This document shows positions 9,004-10,969 of a stretch of 10,969 nucleotides of DNA, piece after piece. The stretch comes from an uncultured archaeon. GTDB lineage: Archaea > Asgardarchaeota > Lokiarchaeia > Sigyniarchaeales > SOKP01. The stretch lies in assembly GCA_964388035.1 (NCBI GenBank), contig CAYLZE010000055.1, positions 1 to 10,969 of the forward strand, read 5' to 3'. The notes below the pieces were generated by a model. The model made no database searches. It saw nothing but the letters and a program-made list of their open reading frames with translations, and was not told the DNA's origin. The first letter of the stretch is position 1. The number at the start of each line of letters is the position of its first letter. A program made the position numbers and the translations under genes.

Positions 9004-9031
9004 TTCCCAAATTGGGATTCCCAAATTGGGA
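9004..9031. repeat. Perfect 14-bp tandem repeat x2 (TTCCCAAATTGGGA), each copy containing a palindrome; putative operators
   Basis: 9004-9017 and 9018-9031 are identical, and TCCCAA-A-TTGGGA is an inverted repeat. Lies 46-73 bp upstream of the GRE ATG. Confidence 0.85.
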
Positions 9032-9054
9032 TATAAAAAAGTAATCAAGGTGAA

Positions 9055-9079
9055 AATATAAATCTTCCCTTTTTGGGAA
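9055..9079 (-). promoter_or_regulatory. Putative BRE-TATA for the GRE unit, overlapped by a third palindrome TTCCC-TTTTT-GGGAA
   Basis: Minus strand reads GGGAAGA-TTTATATT (TATA 9055-9062). The palindrome at 9065-9079 shares the TCCC-N5-GGGA consensus. Confidence 0.55.
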
Positions 9080-9285
9080 AGATGCAAATCTTGAAGAAAT
9101 CATTCAAAATTAAAGGTATAGAGGTAAGAACAATACCTTTATGCTCAAAAAACTAATTCCCGGTTCTTTTTCTGTTATACATTTAATTTTGACAAGATTT
9201 TATCCTGGCTTTTGAGCTTAACAACAAAATCCTAATCTTTTTCTTAAATTATTAAATTTCTTACTTAAAAGAAATTATTTTTCCA

Positions 9286-9840
9286 ATGGAAGAATTAGAT
9301 ATTCTTAAAATCGATGATCGAGGTAGAATTGCCATCCCTCTATCTATTCGAGAAATGCTTGATCTTCTTGGGAAAAAAGAACCAAGACTTTTAGTAACTT
9401 GGACACAAAGTGAAAAAGAGCTTAAGCTTAGATTTCTTGATCCTGCTTTAAAACATTTAGATATCAATAAACTAAAACTTCAATTGGAATTAAAAAGTAA
9501 AGAGAAATTTAAAATTTTAAAAATTGACAAGGGTGGGAGGATTGGTCTTACCAAACTGTTAAGAGACCACTTAGAGCTTGAAAAATATTCTTATATCATG
9601 GCCATTAGTAAACCAACAGAAAAAAACACAATTCTAAAGAAAGCCATGGTTCTTCAAATTAAAATTAAGGATACCTATGAATGGAGAGTAATTTGTCCCA
9701 TACCTGAAAATTTAGACGTATATGAAAAAATGTTGAGAGAACAGCATAATATTGATAATATTCAATTTTTTATGACCGATCCATATTATGAGAAAAAAAA
9801 AGTATTAGAAAGAAAATTAACACATCTTTTATCAGACTAA
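9286..9840 (+). CDS. Putative transcription regulator with two AbrB/SpoVT/MraZ-like domains and a C-terminal extension
   Basis: Internal repeat ILKIDDRGRIAIPLSIREMLDL and ILKIDKGGRIGLTKLLRDHLEL matches the AbrB/MraZ D.KGR..IP...R...L signature. Confidence 0.75.
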   Translation: MEELDILKIDDRGRIAIPLSIREMLDLLGKKEPRLLVTWTQSEKELKLRFLDPALKHLDINKLKLQLELKSKEKFKILKIDKGGRIGLTKLLRDHLELEKYSYIMAISKPTEKNTILKKAMVLQIKIKDTYEWRVICPIPENLDVYEKMLREQHNIDNIQFFMTDPYYEKKKVLERKLTHLLSD

Positions 9841-9911
9841 TTGGCAAATATTTACTAATATAAATATCAAAATTATAGAGAATTTAGTTCAAAATAGTAA
9901 ATTGGTAAAAA

Positions 9912-10637
9912 ATGGAATTAGATATATTAATAATTGCTAATGGAATCTCAAGTCTCATCGTTTCAATTGTATCCATTATCACGGGTTTAAAGATAGCTTC
10001 AAAGTATTTTCGATATAAAGAGCGGGTATTATTATTTGTAGGCATGACTTGGTTATTGATGTATGAAGCATGGTGGGGGCCCTCAATTTCATTTATATTA
10101 TTACTTCTTACAAATCAAACTTTACCCATTAGATTGTTTTTCTTAATATCCGTGAGTTTTACGCCTGTAGCGATTTGTTTATGGATGATCGCTTTTTTTG
10201 ATCTTGTTCATGAAAAAATGCTCAAACCCATCGCAATCATCTTTTCAATTCAAATTATCCTTTTTGAAATTTATGCTGGCTATTATCTCACTACTGACTA
10301 TTCGGTAATTGTTGAGAGCGTGGGTTTTATCGATGCAAGATATAAATCTTTTGTATTGCTCTTCTTTATCGAGGTTTTATGCCTATTTATAATAACAGTC
10401 CCGCTTTTTGTAAGAGAATCTATTCGTTCCGATAACCTAGAAGTCAAATTAAAAGGGAAATTCATATTATTTGGTTTCATCTTTGCATTAACAGGGTGGG
10501 TATTAGACGCATTTTTAGAATTAGATCTTTTAACCTTATTAATTTACAGGGGATTATTAGTGGTAAGCTCAATTACATTTTATTTCGGTTTTTTTCTGCC
10601 TAAATCATTGAAGCGGTATCTTTTAAGAGAGAATTAA
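9912..10637 (+). CDS. Stand-alone seven-transmembrane protein, function unknown
   Basis: Seven hydrophobic segments in 241 aa by eye, basic loops (SKYFRYKER, VKLKGK) and a C-terminal FFLPKSLKRYL tail. Confidence 0.8.
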   Translation: MELDILIIANGISSLIVSIVSIITGLKIASKYFRYKERVLLFVGMTWLLMYEAWWGPSISFILLLLTNQTLPIRLFFLISVSFTPVAICLWMIAFFDLVHEKMLKPIAIIFSIQIILFEIYAGYYLTTDYSVIVESVGFIDARYKSFVLLFFIEVLCLFIITVPLFVRESIRSDNLEVKLKGKFILFGFIFALTGWVLDAFLELDLLTLLIYRGLLVVSSITFYFGFFLPKSLKRYLLREN

Positions 10638-10741
10638 AGCCTTTCTATTTCACTACTCAATTTCTAAATGCTTTTTTAATTTCTACTAATTCTCTAAGCG
10701 TTACGGGAAATCAGAAAAAATAGGGGAATGTACATTAATTA

Positions 10742-10969
10742 TTAATCAGGCGTTAATTTTAACCCGCATGCCCCGCAAAACTTTTCTATTCCTTTTATTG
10801 GAGCGCCACAGCTAGGACAATATCCTTTTGCTGCTGGTTTATCTCCACCACAAACAACACAATAATCTTCATCTTCATATTCAGCCCCGCAATTTGGGCA
10901 ATATTTTCCTCTTTCTTGTGGAATATTTTGAGATGGTACTTGCGGCTGTACTTGTGGCTGTACTTGTGG
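10742..10969 (-). CDS. C-terminal part of a double-zinc-ribbon protein with a Pro/Gln-rich linker, 5' end outside the window
   Basis: Hand translation: PQVQPQVQPQVPSQNIPQERGKYCPNCGAEYEDEDYCVVCGGDKPAAKGYCPSCGAPIKGIEKFCGACGLKLTPD*, with four CxxCG knuckles. Confidence 0.9.
   Translation of the reverse strand, partial: PQVQPQVQPQVPSQNIPQERGKYCPNCGAEYEDEDYCVVCGGDKPAAKGYCPSCGAPIKGIEKFCGACGLKLTPD
10936..10969. repeat. 12-bp coding tandem repeat (CTGTACTTGTGG), about 2.8 copies, truncated by the window edge
   Basis: Identical copies at 10946-10957 and 10958-10969 and a partial variant at 10936-10945. Encodes PQVQ on the minus strand. Confidence 0.85.

Noticed and set aside
9004-9079. CRISPR array or transposon end
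   Set aside because: Only 14-bp units with no spacers, and no cas or transposase gene.
9286-9840. True mraZ or a toxin-antitoxin antitoxin
   Set aside because: No rsmH/dcw context and no adjacent PIN or MazF toxin; longer than typical antitoxins.
9261-10480. Minus-strand ORFs 9261-9467 and 10298-10480
   Set aside because: Antisense to the AbrB-like and 7TM genes.
9912-10637. Microbial rhodopsin
   Set aside because: No retinal-binding lysine (DxxxK or SxxxK) in helix 7.

Overview
AT-rich window, probably archaeal. It is possibly Asgard/Lokiarchaeia-like, an inference from BRE-TATA promoters, GAGGTGA/GTGAT ribosome-binding motifs, a stand-alone 7TM protein and a double-zinc-ribbon protein. 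From left to right it holds: a FtsX/MacB-type ABC permease cut off by the window edge (minus strand, missed by the ORF track); a 106-aa orphan; an AIF-like NAD(P)/FAD oxidoreductase; an MBL-fold hydrolase; a two-gene minus-strand unit of a non-PFL glycyl radical enzyme (GRE) and a tandem split-barrel (PNPOx-like) protein; a divergent regulator with two AbrB/MraZ-like domains; a 7TM membrane protein; and the 3' end of a PQVQ-repeat/double-zinc-ribbon gene (also missed by the track). The best candidate for an undescribed system is the GRE plus split-barrel unit. It has no adjacent radical-SAM activase, and its promoter carries three TCCC-N5-GGGA palindromes facing the MraZ-like regulator. No rRNA, tRNA, CRISPR array or mobile element was seen.
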